DNA from: Raillietiella orientalis
Lineage: Eukaryota
Length of the DNA: 64,000 bases
Assembly (NCBI GenBank): GCA_036172245.1
Contig: JAYWIR010000015.1
Location: forward strand, 1,054,001-1,118,000
Direction: 5' to 3'
Of this stretch, positions 22,611 through 36,300 are shown piece after piece. The notes beneath the pieces are model-generated. The model was given only the letters and a program-made list of their open reading frames with translations, was not told where the DNA came from and ran no database searches. The first letter of the stretch is position 1; each line of letters begins with the position of its first letter. Made by a program: the position numbers and the translations under genes.

Positions 22611-25600
22611 TTATGAAGGATCTTTATCTTATAAAGTTTGGGTGGAGAAAACAGCTACTGAAGCATTCTCCATGCGATGGAACCCGAAAACACTTACAAA
22701 AAGAATAGAGGGAGTTGCATTTTCGGAAAACTTCGTCTGTAGAAAACTCTGGTTAGGTGGCTGCAGCTCTTGGTTCCTTGTGGGAGGCCGTTTTTTTGTT
22801 CGAAGAATGCTGTTCTTCTTGATGCTTCCAGCAGAACTGCATTTCTTCTTGAAGCTGAGAAAACAAAATCGACTCAAACGCACCTGATTCCTAAAGTAGG
22901 CAAACGAAATCTGCCTGTTTCAATCATCCGACTGCCTTCTCTTTGAAGAAACTTCCTCAGCAGTTCCCAATGATGGCTGTCGGGAATGCTTATTGAGTTG
23001 CGCTTCATCCCGCATATTGAGAGATTGATCCTTTCCAAACGAATGCATGGTTTGTTCTCTGGTTCCTGCTCACAGGATGGTAGTGCTATCGAACAAAATG
23101 CTATTGGTTTCCCTTCTGAGTGGGCTGTTCTGAAGTTCTTAAGTTCATGAGTGGTTGGTAATGTTAGGAATCCCATAAAATGTGATTTCAGCAATCCAGC
23201 TGCTCAAAAGTTCTAGCCAAAGACCATGCTTCATCTCAAGGGCAGCATTTGAACCACTCCTGATGGCGCTCCGTCCGGATATTCTCTCCTTGTTCCCCTT
23301 TAGCAACCAAGTGCTATCTTCAAATCAACTATTCTCTCCCTTTCTTTCAACAAGGAAAATGCATCCTCCTTGAGGGTCTCCATTCAACCACTTTTTCTCA
23401 GTCTGCTTCAGATCCAAACTCGTCTGATGGGGCGAGCCGAGCGTCATGGAACGCGATGAATATGCTCTGATCATTTCGGTGGAGATTCTGGAATCGCTCC
23501 GGGGAATTCTTTTCAAGAAAACCTCTGAAAAGTTCATGCATTCTGCATCACGACCAAGAAGCACTAACTCCTATCATCAGACTATTAGCATCCACTCTGT
23601 CATTTCTGGTGATATACCCGAAGCACATCCGTGAAGAAACGAATACTCTAGAAGCGTATGTAATGAACGCAAAACATGCAATCTCTTAAAACAGCATGCA
23701 ATTCAGAATAGATCTTCCCATTATGTCTCTCCTCGGTAGTCCAGTGTTCAGGCATTCGAAGGTTGCAGAGATTTCACGGGAGGCAATCCATTCTCTGACG
23801 TGTTTTCTGAATTCTTCTAAGACCTTCAGCATGCCATTTTTCGCAAACCAATCGTCCCATCACGGCATCGACTGCTTCCATGGAAGTTACTCGAAGAAGG
23901 CGGATCAACTGTCCCCCTGTTGGTTCTCTGGGGGTCCGTGGTTGTACACTTTTCAGCTTTCGTTCTCAACATTTCATTGTCTTTTTTATAACAGGATGGA
24001 TGGAATAGAATCTCTCTCATTCCATCCTCTCATAATCATGGACTCATGTAATGTTCCAGAGTTGAATGCGTTTTCTTGTTTCTTGATCCAAGTAATTGCA
24101 GATAACCAATCTCGGTGGAACAGGTCGTCGATAATCAGAATGAGGTAGCGATGCATGGGAGTGTTGCGATCCTTGGGTTAGCTAGCTTCCAGATCTTTAA
24201 GTTCAGCTTCCCGATTTCAGCCTGCCTAGGAAGCGTACGGAGCATTTGCACGACTGCAGCAATGACTCATCAATCGAAGAAGATGAAGGGATTTTCCAAA
24301 CCCTTCCGGGAAATTCCTTCGGTTCTCCTCGTTGAACGGTTCGAAATCGGCTGCACGGGCTCGGAAAATTCGAGCTGTTCTCCAAGAAATTTTACATGTA
24401 TGAAGGCGTCGGAAGCAGTCGGCGGCTGCATTTTTAATGGCACGTGAACACTCAGCCTCTGTGAGAGTTCAGACTTGACAAAGCGCATTTCCGCACGAAG
24501 CTTCACAGCCATCACCATTACGTGGTTCAGAGGACCGGAAATAGGATTGTGGATATTCTCTCGAATTCAATATTTCTGGAGGAAACTTCGAGTTTGTTTT
24601 CCCCTCTGCCGGAACGAACTTTTGTTTTGGAATGCTTGCTTTTTTGCCCCTAGCCTTTCACCTGCAACTGGTCTCAGCCCCTGGATTTTCCAAGGAAAGT
24701 GATTTGTTCGTTCATTTTCGCACGTGGTTGTTTCCTTTTTTTTTTTTTTTGCCACGTAACCACATAAAGGCTCACCAAAAAATAAATAAATAGAGTGGTG
24801 TACTGGAACAAATTGGGAACCAGCTCTGAATCTCTCTGATTTGTCGTATTATGGTTGACCTACTTCGGCTGGCTAATTCTCATAATGCTGTTCAGGAAAC
24901 TCTTGAGAGACAAATCAAAACTTCTCCCCCAAAAGCTTCCCTACCCACAATTCAGTCTGCATGCTCCTGAAAACTCTAGGTCCTACGACCCGAAGCATTC
25001 ATGGAACAGTGCCATAGTGTGAGCAGTAATGACTTTACCTACGCTTGTGTCAACGAAAAGGAATAACAAAATACTGGTTTCTGACATGAATAGACCAGCG
25101 GAGGGAGGGAAAGAACGATTTATCAAATAATGGCAGTACGTAAAGATGGTACTGTATATTCGATATTAATGTGTTTTGGAATTCCCATTTGTCTTGATAA
25201 GTGAAATGCACATCAGTGTGTTGGCAAGGAAACCTAAATATTCCTCAATGTACGCAAATTTTCACCTCCAGAAATTACATGCTGGATGTCAAATTTGTGT
25301 TTCTAGCTTTTAGTTTCTCCTCTCAGATTCCTACTCTTTTGCGTTCCCGGACCGGAAGAGTACCACTCCACACACTGAACGATGGTTTTGATTTTGAGAC
25401 AATCCACTCCATTATTAGAGCATCCATTTGATGTGAATGAGGCTTCCCTTAGGATCAGAGCAAGAGGTTACTAAACGCCTAAATGACTTTCACTTTCCAT
25501 GCAAAGGTCAGCTCTCGTTTCTCAGCATGACTCCAACTTTCTATCCGTGGAGGTGAACTGATTGGGAGTTCCGGATCGTGATTCTGTGACCTCTGAATTT

Positions 25601-27857
25601 CTCACGATGCCGGTGAAGTTACGGCTTACCTGTTCTTGATCTGAAGGGAGAAATAATTTAAAAGGAAACAACAGAAGAGGAATTTTCCTACAGGAAATTA
25701 CTGACAGCTCAAGGAGGAAATCCATCAAACAGACTCAGTCTTAAATGATTAGATCGTTCGCGAGTCCATGCCAACGACGCATTCCTCCTCCACATTCTCA
25801 AGGCGCATGGAGACGTGAACCTTAGCTCCAGAGCTCTTTGAGGCATCGACAGTCCCATTTACGATGCACTCTTTTCCAGTTCCTGTCTCAGTCAGTGGAA
25901 ATGATGAAGTGAGACTTTAAATTTTCTTCCCCAGCCGAAGTTCGACCGAAGAAAATGAGACCGGAGATGTGTCTTGCCAAAGTTCAGGCAGAAGTGCATC
26001 TGCAAAACTCAAACACCTATTCTCATACTGACTTTACTAGGAAAGGGAGATTACGCATTCCTTTCGGGTATTTCTTAGAAAGTAGAAGAATTCGTATGCT
26101 GCTCTCCTGAATGCATCTTTACTCCTGGTGGATAATCTCCGCTTCCATACACGCACCCTATGACTCTTTCCAGGAATGAGCATATGATTCGAATAAATTC
26201 TTACTGTATGTTCGAGAACATTTCATTTCTTGACTGATTCACTTCATCCGCTCCGGGATAATTTCCAACTCCTCCAACACGTTACCGTCTCTCGCATTCT
26301 AAGATCCATGAGATGTTTCAATTCCCTTGCAGTACCGATCTCTCTGCTGTGAAGGCAAAGTGCAGATTCCGTTCTCGACGCTTACCTTCCTTCGTCTGCC
26401 TTCTCTCCATCTGCTCTGTGGACCAATATTCATAAGGCAACGGAGGTCCAGCGTGACCACCTCTTTGCCGTAAAGCACTGGATCTGCCCTCAACTTCGAA
26501 TCTGTTTCTGCAACAGGCTTTCAGTCAGTCTGGAGGCCACCAAACTCCCAGAGCTTCAAAGCTCTCCAGCTCGTGATGCCTGTCTCCGTCACGGTCGTCT
26601 GAATGTTGGCTCATCTGTTAAGGATGTGATCCAGCAGTTCTTTCCACCTTCTACACCTTTTTCTCAGGCGTCTATGATAACGACGCATGAATGAATCTCC
26701 ACACCACCGCTGAGCGGAAATGGCTCCGAAGCTAAATGCTGTCCACTGCTGCTCTTTTTTCGATCCCGGTGTTCCTCAATAAGAGATGTCCACGCAGCCC
26801 AGGACTAAACTGTGCTAACTGAGGATTGAGGTGATTTTCTTTCTCGTATGTGCATGGATCGATGAGTCACCAAATGCTATCTCTTTCAAACATTTATTTT
26901 ACCAGGCTTTTGGGGGGGACGCTTGCCTTCTTGCTGCCTCAATGCTGCTGATGTCCCTGCTAAAGTCGTTTTACTTCCGTTGGTGGTTGCAGACGTGGAA
27001 TCCCACAAATCTTCATCCGTAGTTGGTGCATGACTGACTGACTTCTTTCTCAAGGAGAGCGATGTCCTTTAGGTTAACAGTTTTGAGGTCAGCTGTCCAC
27101 AGCAAATTTGTCGTTCTTCTCGGGTAGATTGGGCAGGCCGAGACATGGAGTAGTTCTGCAATTTTTCGTTGGCCGTTCTTTTTTGATATATAACTGTATT
27201 CTCTACTAACTACCTAATGTTATTTTTAGTGAATGAATGTATTTCCATCCGATGAACTAAAGATGTTAAAATTTTGTGCTCTTCAACGCTGATTCTACTG
27301 TTCTCTTCGATAGAGCTTCAGGTTTCAAAAGTAATTGCTTTTCCCTTCCTTGGAGTCCTCTGACCCTTACGTCATCTTACATTTTCATGGAACTCTGAAG
27401 TCACCTTGAAAATGATTTTGTCCAGAGTGCTTCGCCAAACTAATAATCGTCTTAAAATACAATTTGGAAACCTGATTGGATCATTCATCCAAGTCATCAG
27501 AGAATAAACAAAGCAACAGATATTCAACTAAAACGCCCTGTCCATAGCTTCACTTTGATCCCAACCAAATGGCCAAGAAGCGATCGGAATTGCCTCCCAT
27601 CGGTCAACAAACTCAGTTCCCGGTAAGAGCAACGGCCTCACCATCAAGTCTGCAGATCAATCTCCATTGGAGACACTTCAGCTAATGGGAAATTGAATAG
27701 TTTAGGGTGCAAGCAGACTGCGGACGGGCTGTTTTTCCTCACTCCTCCTGACACGATGAAGGAAAAAAGTCAGCGAAAGGTGTCAGTGGATCCAAACAGG
27801 TACATCCCCATCCCATTTTCCTACGTAGTCACCAGTGCAGTTCTGAACTGTTCATCA

Positions 27858-28022
27858 GTTCAGCCAGTGCAGTAGCACCGCGGTTTTCAACTCCTCTCTT
27901 TCCCCCTCGAATCGCTGAGCCACATCTTGAGGTGCAGGATGATGTGATAGTCACCGGGTGCGAGGTCGGGACTGTGAGGTGGGTGATCAAAAAGTCCCCA
28001 TTTAAATTTCCGAACTGTCTGG
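27858..28022 (-). mobile_element. Mariner (Tc1/mariner) transposase relic, minus strand
   Basis: Translates to KFKWGLFDHPPHSPDLAPGDYHIILHLKMWL, then EELKTAVLLHWLN in another frame; matches the mariner HPPYSPDLAPSDY signature. Confidence 0.9.
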
Positions 28023-28034
28023 AATGTTCGGACA

Positions 28035-28438
28035 GCAGTGCCTGGAATCAAAAGGGTGTGTATTTGGAGGACTTTATGGAGCCTGGAACGACCATGACGT
28101 CACAGGTCTACTGTGTAGAAACACTTTCAAAGCTGCAGCCTGCCATTCAGAACCGACGACGTGGGATGCCGAGATCAGGGATTGTTCTTCTCCTTCACGA
28201 CAACGCGTTCCATGGCAACTACCACGTCTTCCTTCCTGCGCCTCAAGTGGCGGGATTTTAGGCAGACGGTTCTAAAAAGCTTCTTCCACGGCATCAAAAG
28301 TGTTTGGAAAAAAAACGCTGACTACGTAGGAAAATGACATCGGCATGTATACGTTTAGAACCACCAATACATTTCTGTTTCTCTCATTTGTTCGTTCTTT
28401 ATATTCTATCGGCCATTACTATTGAGATGCGCCTCGTA
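28035..28438 (+). mobile_element. Mariner relic: internally deleted 3' half with terminal inverted repeat
   Basis: WNQKGVYLEDFMEPGTTMTSQVYC..LSKLQPAIQNRRRG...GIVLLLHDNA, then NYHVFL and KL..R..KCL...ADYVGK* (GDYVEK equivalent). Ends ...ATTGAGATGCGCCTCG-TA, a TACGAGG-type mariner terminus. Confidence 0.9.
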
Positions 28439-30472
28439 TATTAAAAGAGGATTTCGTGAAATTCAATTCCTGGAGAGCCTACTCCATGTTTTTTTCACCT
28501 TTGTCAAAATAAATTGCATCTTGCATGGGTTTTGCCTAATTTTGTAAAGTATCGTTTACATATCGATTTTCGGTTACTTTTCAGAATTGATTCGTAGAGG
28601 AGGAACATTAGCGAAAAGTATCGTAAATTGCATTTCTGTGCACAGATTTTTGAACGGTCGTTCAAAGGTGATCAAATTCAAGCACTCCCTATCTCATTCG
28701 TGGTTTTGCCGCTGGGTTCAAAACCCGATTCGTACTGTTCCCGAGCTGTACCACACAGAACTTGATCGCACGTCACCATCACGCTATCCTGGAAGATTCC
28801 TTGAAATAGGAAAAATAATCGGTTTTTCCACCTTCCTGGATACAGTTTTGGCTTATAAGTGCAGAGAAAAAGAGTGATGAATCTGTATTTCCTGACTAGA
28901 AATTTCCGTTAAACAGCATCACATGCAGTCTTCCTCGCTTAAGCCACTTATTCTTAAAGGGCATGTTTTTCGACCCCGGAAGAGAGCACGGGAAATAATA
29001 AGTCGAAATCCCAGAGATACGACTTATCAGAGTTCCATTCGTAGGAGTAAATGGACATGGAACCTGATATTCGAAACTCTGTATACAAGCTGACGTCCGA
29101 GAGGTCATGCTACATACAGGTGTCACTGAAAAACTTGGGCGTGTCTATGCTAAGCATGCACTGGTGTTGCCTGCTACGCTCGCGACGATGATCTCGAAAA
29201 CACGAAGATTTAAGTGATTCTGAAGATTTAAGTGTCTTCGTATGGCTGCGCTTCACGAATGTTCCTCAGAATTCTGCCGTCTGCAGCTGCTTTGCTGAGC
29301 TTTTTTCGTGCGCTGAAGTCCCCTGCACATGAGACTGCTCGGCAGGAAAGCATCCTAAGGTTCGTAAAGTTCTGCCTCGGATGAAGGTTTACTCCTCTCA
29401 GAGCGGGCTGCAAAGGGGTGTCTTTTTGTCACGGCTGTCTTTTTGTCTCTTTGAGACGGTTGTACAGCCTCGCACTACTTCGAGATTGGTTTTCCGAAAC
29501 ATCTCGAAAGAAAATCTCACTCCACTTTCAGAACAGCAATTTCTTTATCCTTTTGAGTGCTGAGTGTCGAATGGTGGTCTCTTAGGGAGAACCTTGAGTT
29601 TTTGTTCTTCGGGAAAACATTTTCCGAGAATCTCAAGTTCCCTCACCAGTGGTATCCATTCGTTTCTTCCACTCCTATCATAGGTTCCCATTATTCTTTG
29701 ACCTTCCCAATGGCAAAAAAACTCAAAGATAGCTCTTTTGTATTTTCACTAAAGATAACTGGATTCCGTTTTCTGATCCCGCGAACTCAGCCCTGCCTCC
29801 CAGAAGCGTGGAAATCTCTGAGAGGAGGATTGCTGGTGGCACTGCAACACTTCCCGATGGCGAAAAGGAGAAGTGCATTCGGCTTTTCGTCCCAAAAAAT
29901 CAAGAAAACCCAGGAAATCGATATGCTCTTGCTCTTACTATTCCTTCCAAGGCACGAAAGAGCTCCGGGAAGATTTTTATGACTTTCTCTTTACTCTTGG
30001 AGCTGTGAAGAGGTCTTTACGATAGAAGAAGTTTGCTGGCAAAAATGAAATTCACAAAAAAAAAGAAAAGGGGGGGACAAAATGTCGGACCCATTTTCTC
30101 ATGAAAATGCTGCCGGAAGCAAGCAGTCTTGGATTCCTCCGTATACTTGCGATACCCCACTGAGAATCATGGGCTCACACTTACTGGCATCCGTCCCTTC
30201 GAAAGCATCCTCATGCTAACCAGCAAAAGTGTAAATTCGCTCGTCATCAAAGAGATGTTGATGCAAACGGTGATCCAATAATTTGCTCAGCAAGTCCATG
30301 AAAGAACGTGATGCTTGAAATACGGTTAAACATCTCTGTCTTCATTCCTTCAGTGTCTCCTTAACCGAAATCAACTGGAATTCAGATAGATGAGGAAGTT
30401 TTCACTGCTCCAAGATATCTCCTGCAGGTGTATTTATTTGTGGCGACATATAGATACGGTATAATTTCTAAT

Positions 30473-30744
30473 GCATAGCCACGATGAGGAGCGTGGACTT
30501 GCGGAAAGTGTTGAGATGCTATCTTTCCAGCTCTCCTTCCATTCATAGAAAACTGCGTCGAACACTCAAGAGACGACTAAGAATGTAACTGCAAACTAGA
30601 AATACGGGTAAACACTGACCGGGAGATGATAGTCGGCTGTAAAAAAATGTGTTGTGGTCATTGCCTAGCATCATGATACCTGGTCCGCAGCACTTGTCTC
30701 CCAGAGAAACAGAGAAATGAAACCACAGACTCTTGCATAGCTTT
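30473..30744 (+). repeat. Local duplication, segment A (partner 32919-33365)
   Basis: Shared blocks GCGTGGACTTGCrGAAAGTGTTGAGATGCTATCTTTCCAGCTC, AGAAATACGGGTAAACAC and AGAAACAGAGAAATGAAACCACAGACTCTTGCAT. Confidence 0.9.
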
Positions 30745-31591
30745 CTCCGATCTTCGATAAGATGATAAGTGATCTGAGCACCAAAGTTTTTCTCCAGCTC
30801 GAATATTTTTGTAAGCAAAGTTTCTGACTTTGTTAGCTTTGATCCCATACTTCGGAAAATTTCTCGTTTTCTTATTGCTGCCTCTTCAGTTTCTTAGAAC
30901 TCGCACTGTCATCGAGTTAGAACTTGGACATGTAAGTCTCCCGGACCGACTCGTTGTCTCATCTTGAATCCATTGTCTCAATGAAGACACCCACGGCTTT
31001 CCATCTCTTTTCATTCTTCTTGTTGCATGAAAGAGAAAGAGACTGATGGTGGGTTTGTGACTGCTCCCAGGTTTTGTGGGAGTCTAGAGAACTCTTTTTT
31101 CCATAGGCCAGAAATTCAAGCTTACTTTTTAGGATATTTATCAGAACCCTTTCAAAACTTTCACATCCAGAAAATTTTTGAATCCCCTACTCACATAAAA
31201 CTTCGTGCAATCAGGTACTGGTAGCTTCTTTCGAAGAACGAATGAATTTTCTCCTTCTTCAAAGAAGAGATACCCTAAAGTGTTCCTTTCGGAGGCTAAT
31301 TAGTCAGGGTTAAGAAGAAGGGGACTTAACAAAATAGAATGAATTAGAGAGATCTTTAACGAATTAGAGGTGTTAGCAGGCTTAACAAACTTCAGGAGCC
31401 AACATCTTTAAAACAAGTTTGCAAAATACTTCATGGGAATGGGACAAAAATACAAACTCTTCCTGAGGAACACCGAGACAGCACAAGTTCCAGAGTGTCG
31501 ATCAAGCCCTCATAGGAAGTAGATAAATAGAGTTCATTCTTCAGAGATGGAAATGACATTGCGTTTTTGCATTAGAGAGGCTTTTATAGTT

Positions 31592-31745
31592 TGGTGAGCA
31601 TGGAGATAATAAGGGATGAGTACATCGTGTACCACACCTAATTATGAAATAGCATCGATTGTTTGAACTCATTCCCCTAGGATGAAGTAGGCGATAGGGG
31701 TTTAAGGTTCTTCTTCTAGGAACGCGAGCATCCAAGAATCTCCCG
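31592..31745 (-). repeat. Segment C, inverted copy of 32998-33151
   Basis: Reverse complement matches AGAAGAACCTTAAACCCCTATCGCCTACTT..TCCTAGGGGAAT..GTGGTACACGATGTACTCATCCCTTATT..ATGCTCACCA. Confidence 0.9.
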
Positions 31746-32918
31746 CAGCTCAAGTTACGGAGAGCAAGGGTTAAGGGCAAGACGAGTAGTTCGAGCAATA
31801 TGCGATTCCGAGATCGAAATTGTTCTACCGAAGCTGACGTGGACCATAAATCGCGCAAGCAAGCTGGTCATGCAGAACGAGCAGAAAGACCTCTACGATA
31901 AGTTGATAGGCATGGCAAACGGCGGTCCATTTTGTGAAAGTTCACTTCTGAATCACGTAGATCTCAAGAGTAAAGTTTGAGTTTAGATTTCCGTGAATAA
32001 GAGAGCCCAGAAGAGTTTCTTTGATCACAAAGGGAGACGGTGCGTTGAAGCAGATGTGAGAAATCAGAGGCAAAACCCATCTGAAGCAAGTTCCAAATCT
32101 AAAGTGAAAAAGGAAGAGAACACATGGATTTTCACCACGGTTCTATAGAGACAAAAACGAAAAGAGTTTATGGAATTTAGAAATTGATAACGGGAGCCAT
32201 ATACCGATCTGTGGTCGAAAAAACTCCACATGAAGGACTGTAAAACAGAAGTGCTGGTAAGCAAGGATGGAAAAAGAAGAAAAAAAAACTCTTTCGAAAG
32301 AACAAAGATGGAAATGGAATTCATAAAAGCCATAGTCCACCTTGAACTTCCTTTCACTAAAGAGTTCCATTGTGTGAAGAAAGCATTGTCCAAAGTGTTC
32401 GGGAAACATCCCATTAATTAAATATCCATTCGTCCCATTTGACTGAGAATCCTTACTCTGGACTTTCTTTAGTATGCTCGGTTTGAGAATCCAACGATCC
32501 AAAACAGAACCCTGAAGTTGCAATTCATGCTTACTCCTTGAAGAGAATTTTCACTTCCATTGTGTACTTTTGTGGTATCATTGGTCTTCGATTTTGGATG
32601 GAAGACCAAAAATCGAAGACAGTTAGTAGTAACTGCTTTTTCAAGAGCGATTTCCACTAGCCAGAGGAATCCTCTGATTACACTGTGATCCAGAAAATCA
32701 CGTAAAGAAATCAGCAAAAAACATTACTATCTGAGACATTGAAACAAAGCGACCTCCCGCTCGAACACTTTCGTGAATAAGATTCCTGAGACAAACTTCG
32801 AGCGTTAATTCATTGAGGCTGATTAACAAGATCAGCAATGCTCAGAATGTTTCCTGTGATCAGCAATGTTTCCTGTTTCGTGACGTTCCCATCACCGAGA
32901 GAACGCACCAACTCTGAA

Positions 32919-33365
32919 GCGTAGCCACAATGAGGGGCGTGGACTTGCAGAAAGTGTTGAGATGCTATCTTTCCAGCTCGCCTTCCATTCATAGTATCGG
33001 GAGAATCTGGGATGCTCACGTTCTTAAAAGAAGAACCTTAAACCCCTATCGCCTACTTAATCCTAGGGGAATCAGTTCGAAAATTCGATGCCATTTCATA
33101 ATTAGATGTGGTACACGATGTACTCATCCCTTATTTTCGTGATGCTCACCACGTCGAACACCCAAGAAAAGCGAGGACTATGAACGTAACTGCGAGCCAG
33201 AAATACGGGTAAACACCGACTGGCAGATAACTGCCGACTGTGAAAAAAAAAAAAAAAAAAAAAAAAAGGATGTTGTGGCCATTGCCTAGCATCGTGCCAC
33301 CCGGTGCGCAGCATTTGCCTCCCACAGAAACAGAGAAATGAAACCACAGACTCTTGCATGGCTTT
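32919..33365 (+). repeat. Local duplication, segment B = A(left) + inverted C + A(right), with an expanded poly(A)
   Basis: 32919-32994 matches 30473-30548; 32998-33151 matches the reverse complement of 31592-31745; 33152-33365 matches 30556-30744. Confidence 0.9.
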
Positions 33366-36300
33366 TACCAATCGTTGATGAAGTCCGGCAGAAACTTTCT
33401 TCGGAAAAATACCTTTTTCCAACCCTTCCCTCTTTGCTCACGAACGATGGGCATGGAAAAAGAAGAAAAAAAAATCATCGCAAGCTTTTGGTCCATATCA
33501 GAATTGAAATTTGACCCTCCCTTCTCTGGTCGATGCAAAAAAAAATGGTAGAAAACGTGGAGTTCAACGCTTCCCAGGAAGATCAAAAGTGAAAGAATCT
33601 CGAGCAACGCTCCTCCATAACAAATATCACTCGATCCTTGCGAAATCTCCTCCATAAATAAGAGCCATTTTATGGATTTCTCCTGGTAATTGGAAAATTG
33701 CATTCGCAAAACTTTTCTGCTTTCGCTCTGTTTCCCACACCAAATGCTCGCACGGACATGCTTTCCTGTCTCGTGGATCTGTTTCTTGGAGGACCGAAAA
33801 ACTGACCAAACGCTATGTACAGTGTCATGGTTTTGCAATAGGGAACCTTCGATGGCGTTTTCCCGCTCCTGATCATAAAAAGAATCTGTACTGTACGTTG
33901 CGTACATGCTTTCGTGCTTCCCGCGAACGTAGGCGGGGCAATGCGACTCGCGACGAATCTCTCCTTAATTAGATTACTCTGAGTGATGTTTTTTTTTTCT
34001 GGAATTGAAAATAAGTCGTCCTGATCCCACTACCCAGCCACGCTGCTCAGAGATTTCCAAACCGATCCCTGGGAAGCAGCTAAGGATGCTCTCGAGGTCT
34101 TGGGCAGTATGAAACCGTGTTTCTTGGTGTTTCGTGTATTCTTCCTCGGCTGCAAACGGTTGCACCAACGGTTTTGAATTTTCAAAGCTTTGGGAGCCTG
34201 CAAACTGCTTCCGCAAGGTGGGAAAGAATGCTGCCAGATGCAGCACATCCCATGTTTGGTGGTCTTTTCATTCTTTTTTTTTTTGTCGTGGATGACGGGA
34301 GGATGCATTTTGCACGGAATTCTGCCACCTAACCTTGGTGTGGATTTCTCTTCTTTGTATGCTTTGCTGAATTTCTTGCTGATGGATGGTGGCCACCTGT
34401 ATCCTGCACTCAAGCGCCACGTATGCAACTCGTGTGAAGAAGAAAAACGACGACCACCTCGATCATTCGGACAAAACGATCTCCCTCCGGAGGACCACGA
34501 GCAAGTCCACGAGCACCCCCATGAGGAAAATATCAACGGAGCCACTTTGCGTACAAGATTTGTAATCACACAAAAGGAATGATAAAGCTTTCAGTTGCAC
34601 AGACCACAGCTTGGACGTAATTAAGCCCTGCTGGCCCATCATTACGAGCAGAAGCCACTGCGACTTCTGACGAATATGCGCGACTCGATGGTCGTCGTTA
34701 GCCGAGCTGCTGGGATACGCGTGGTCACGCAGTCGAGGGAATACGGATGCTGAGGTGCAATCAGAGGCTCGGATGCTTCTTCACACAATCTGCGAAATTC
34801 AAGAACCAATAAAAAAAAAAAATTGCGAAATGGCTGTTCATGCGGGCTCGTTCACGAGAACGAAATTTACCGGCGATCCTCCTCATATGCCTACTTTTGT
34901 TTTCGAACCGATGCTCCTCATCTCCGAGGGATGAAAGTTTTATTGTACGCAATTCGTTAATCTAGTAATTTTTTTTTTTTTCTTGAAAAAAAAAAAAAAA
35001 ACCTGGCATTCCTTTGCTTCACTCCAATTTTCTGGTTCATAAAATTCGCATTTTTCCCCTTAGGTTTTCGTTACGTTTCCCGGAAAAGGAATTTATGAAG
35101 TTCGGGTACATGTGATGATTTCATTCCTCACGGAACCTGGGAGCCACGAAGATTTGAAATCGTTCGGCTTTTCCTTTTTTTCGAAAGCAATGGAATAAAA
35201 TGAGCTTCAAACAATTTTTCCATGCTGGTGATGATAACTAACCATTTGCACAGGAGCTCCACCCCGACCACCTTTTGATGATAAGCCCTCAACATCTTTA
35301 TTTCGTTAGTTTACGGTGATTCTCCTAAAGACATCTGTTTAACTCCACTGATTCAAATTGAAATTCGAATTGAAGTTCAATTTTTTCAACGCGATTTGTG
35401 ATTTCCAGGTGATCTAGCTACACCCGTAGATCCGTTTATATAAGCTCTCTTTTTTTTTTTTCTTCTTTTTTTTGAGGGAAGGGAGAAATAATGGATTACT
35501 TTTTATAAAAGCACAGGCTGCAACCGTGACTTATCTATCTCCCTACCCAAGCCTTAGTATCTCCAAGGGTTTGACAGTCGCTGCTAGGCATCGCCTCTTC
35601 TTTTCAGATCACACAGTGATTAACTAAGAGTCCGGAAGCACGTCAAGCGTTTAAACACAATCTCATCATCTCTATGAGATACGGATGCCATCAGAATGAC
35701 TGGATTCTTACATCTCGGTGTTTCCTTGTTTTCGGAGATGGCATTTTTCCGAAGCTGTCTGGAGATTTTTTTTTTTTTTTTGACCAGATTCCCACTGAGG
35801 ATAAATACCCGCTGCCTGCTGATTCCCTCGAATTGGACAAATGAGATGAAATGATGCGCCCTGTTAACATCACCGGGTGCTGTTTCCTTGCATCTTGAGA
35901 TTTGGAAAGAACAGTTTCTCACGTTTACACGGAACTAGATTTGAGAATTTCATCTCCTCCCACAACAGGTCTTCTTTTTCATCTGCTCTAACCATTGTTC
36001 TTATTTTTTTTTCATATTGTTCTTGTTGTCTTATAGCGTTTCATTATACATCTTTATGTAGTGCTAAAGCATAAATAAGCCGATCAGATACGCCTTCTCT
36101 AAACTTTGCACCCATCGTAGTTTTGGAATCTTCGACGGTTACGGATTATTATTTTACTTCATGGCAACGAAACTTTATAATGATATGTACTTCAAAATTG
36201 TCATTTCGTTTTCTTTCCTTTTCTTTTTTTTGTTGTTTTTCTGGCAATTACCAAAATTCGCATGTGACCCCATTCAACTTTATAGGTCTCGATCCCCACT

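Noticed and set aside
24030..24170. ILIIDD Walker-B-like peptide on the minus strand
   Set aside because: Short frame with no Walker A or other ATPase context.
28990..29130. ATAAGTCG/CGACTTAT inverted 8-mer and TACAGGTGT (also at ~40994), suggestive of Tc1/pogo-type ends
   Set aside because: No partner TIR or transposase remnant found.
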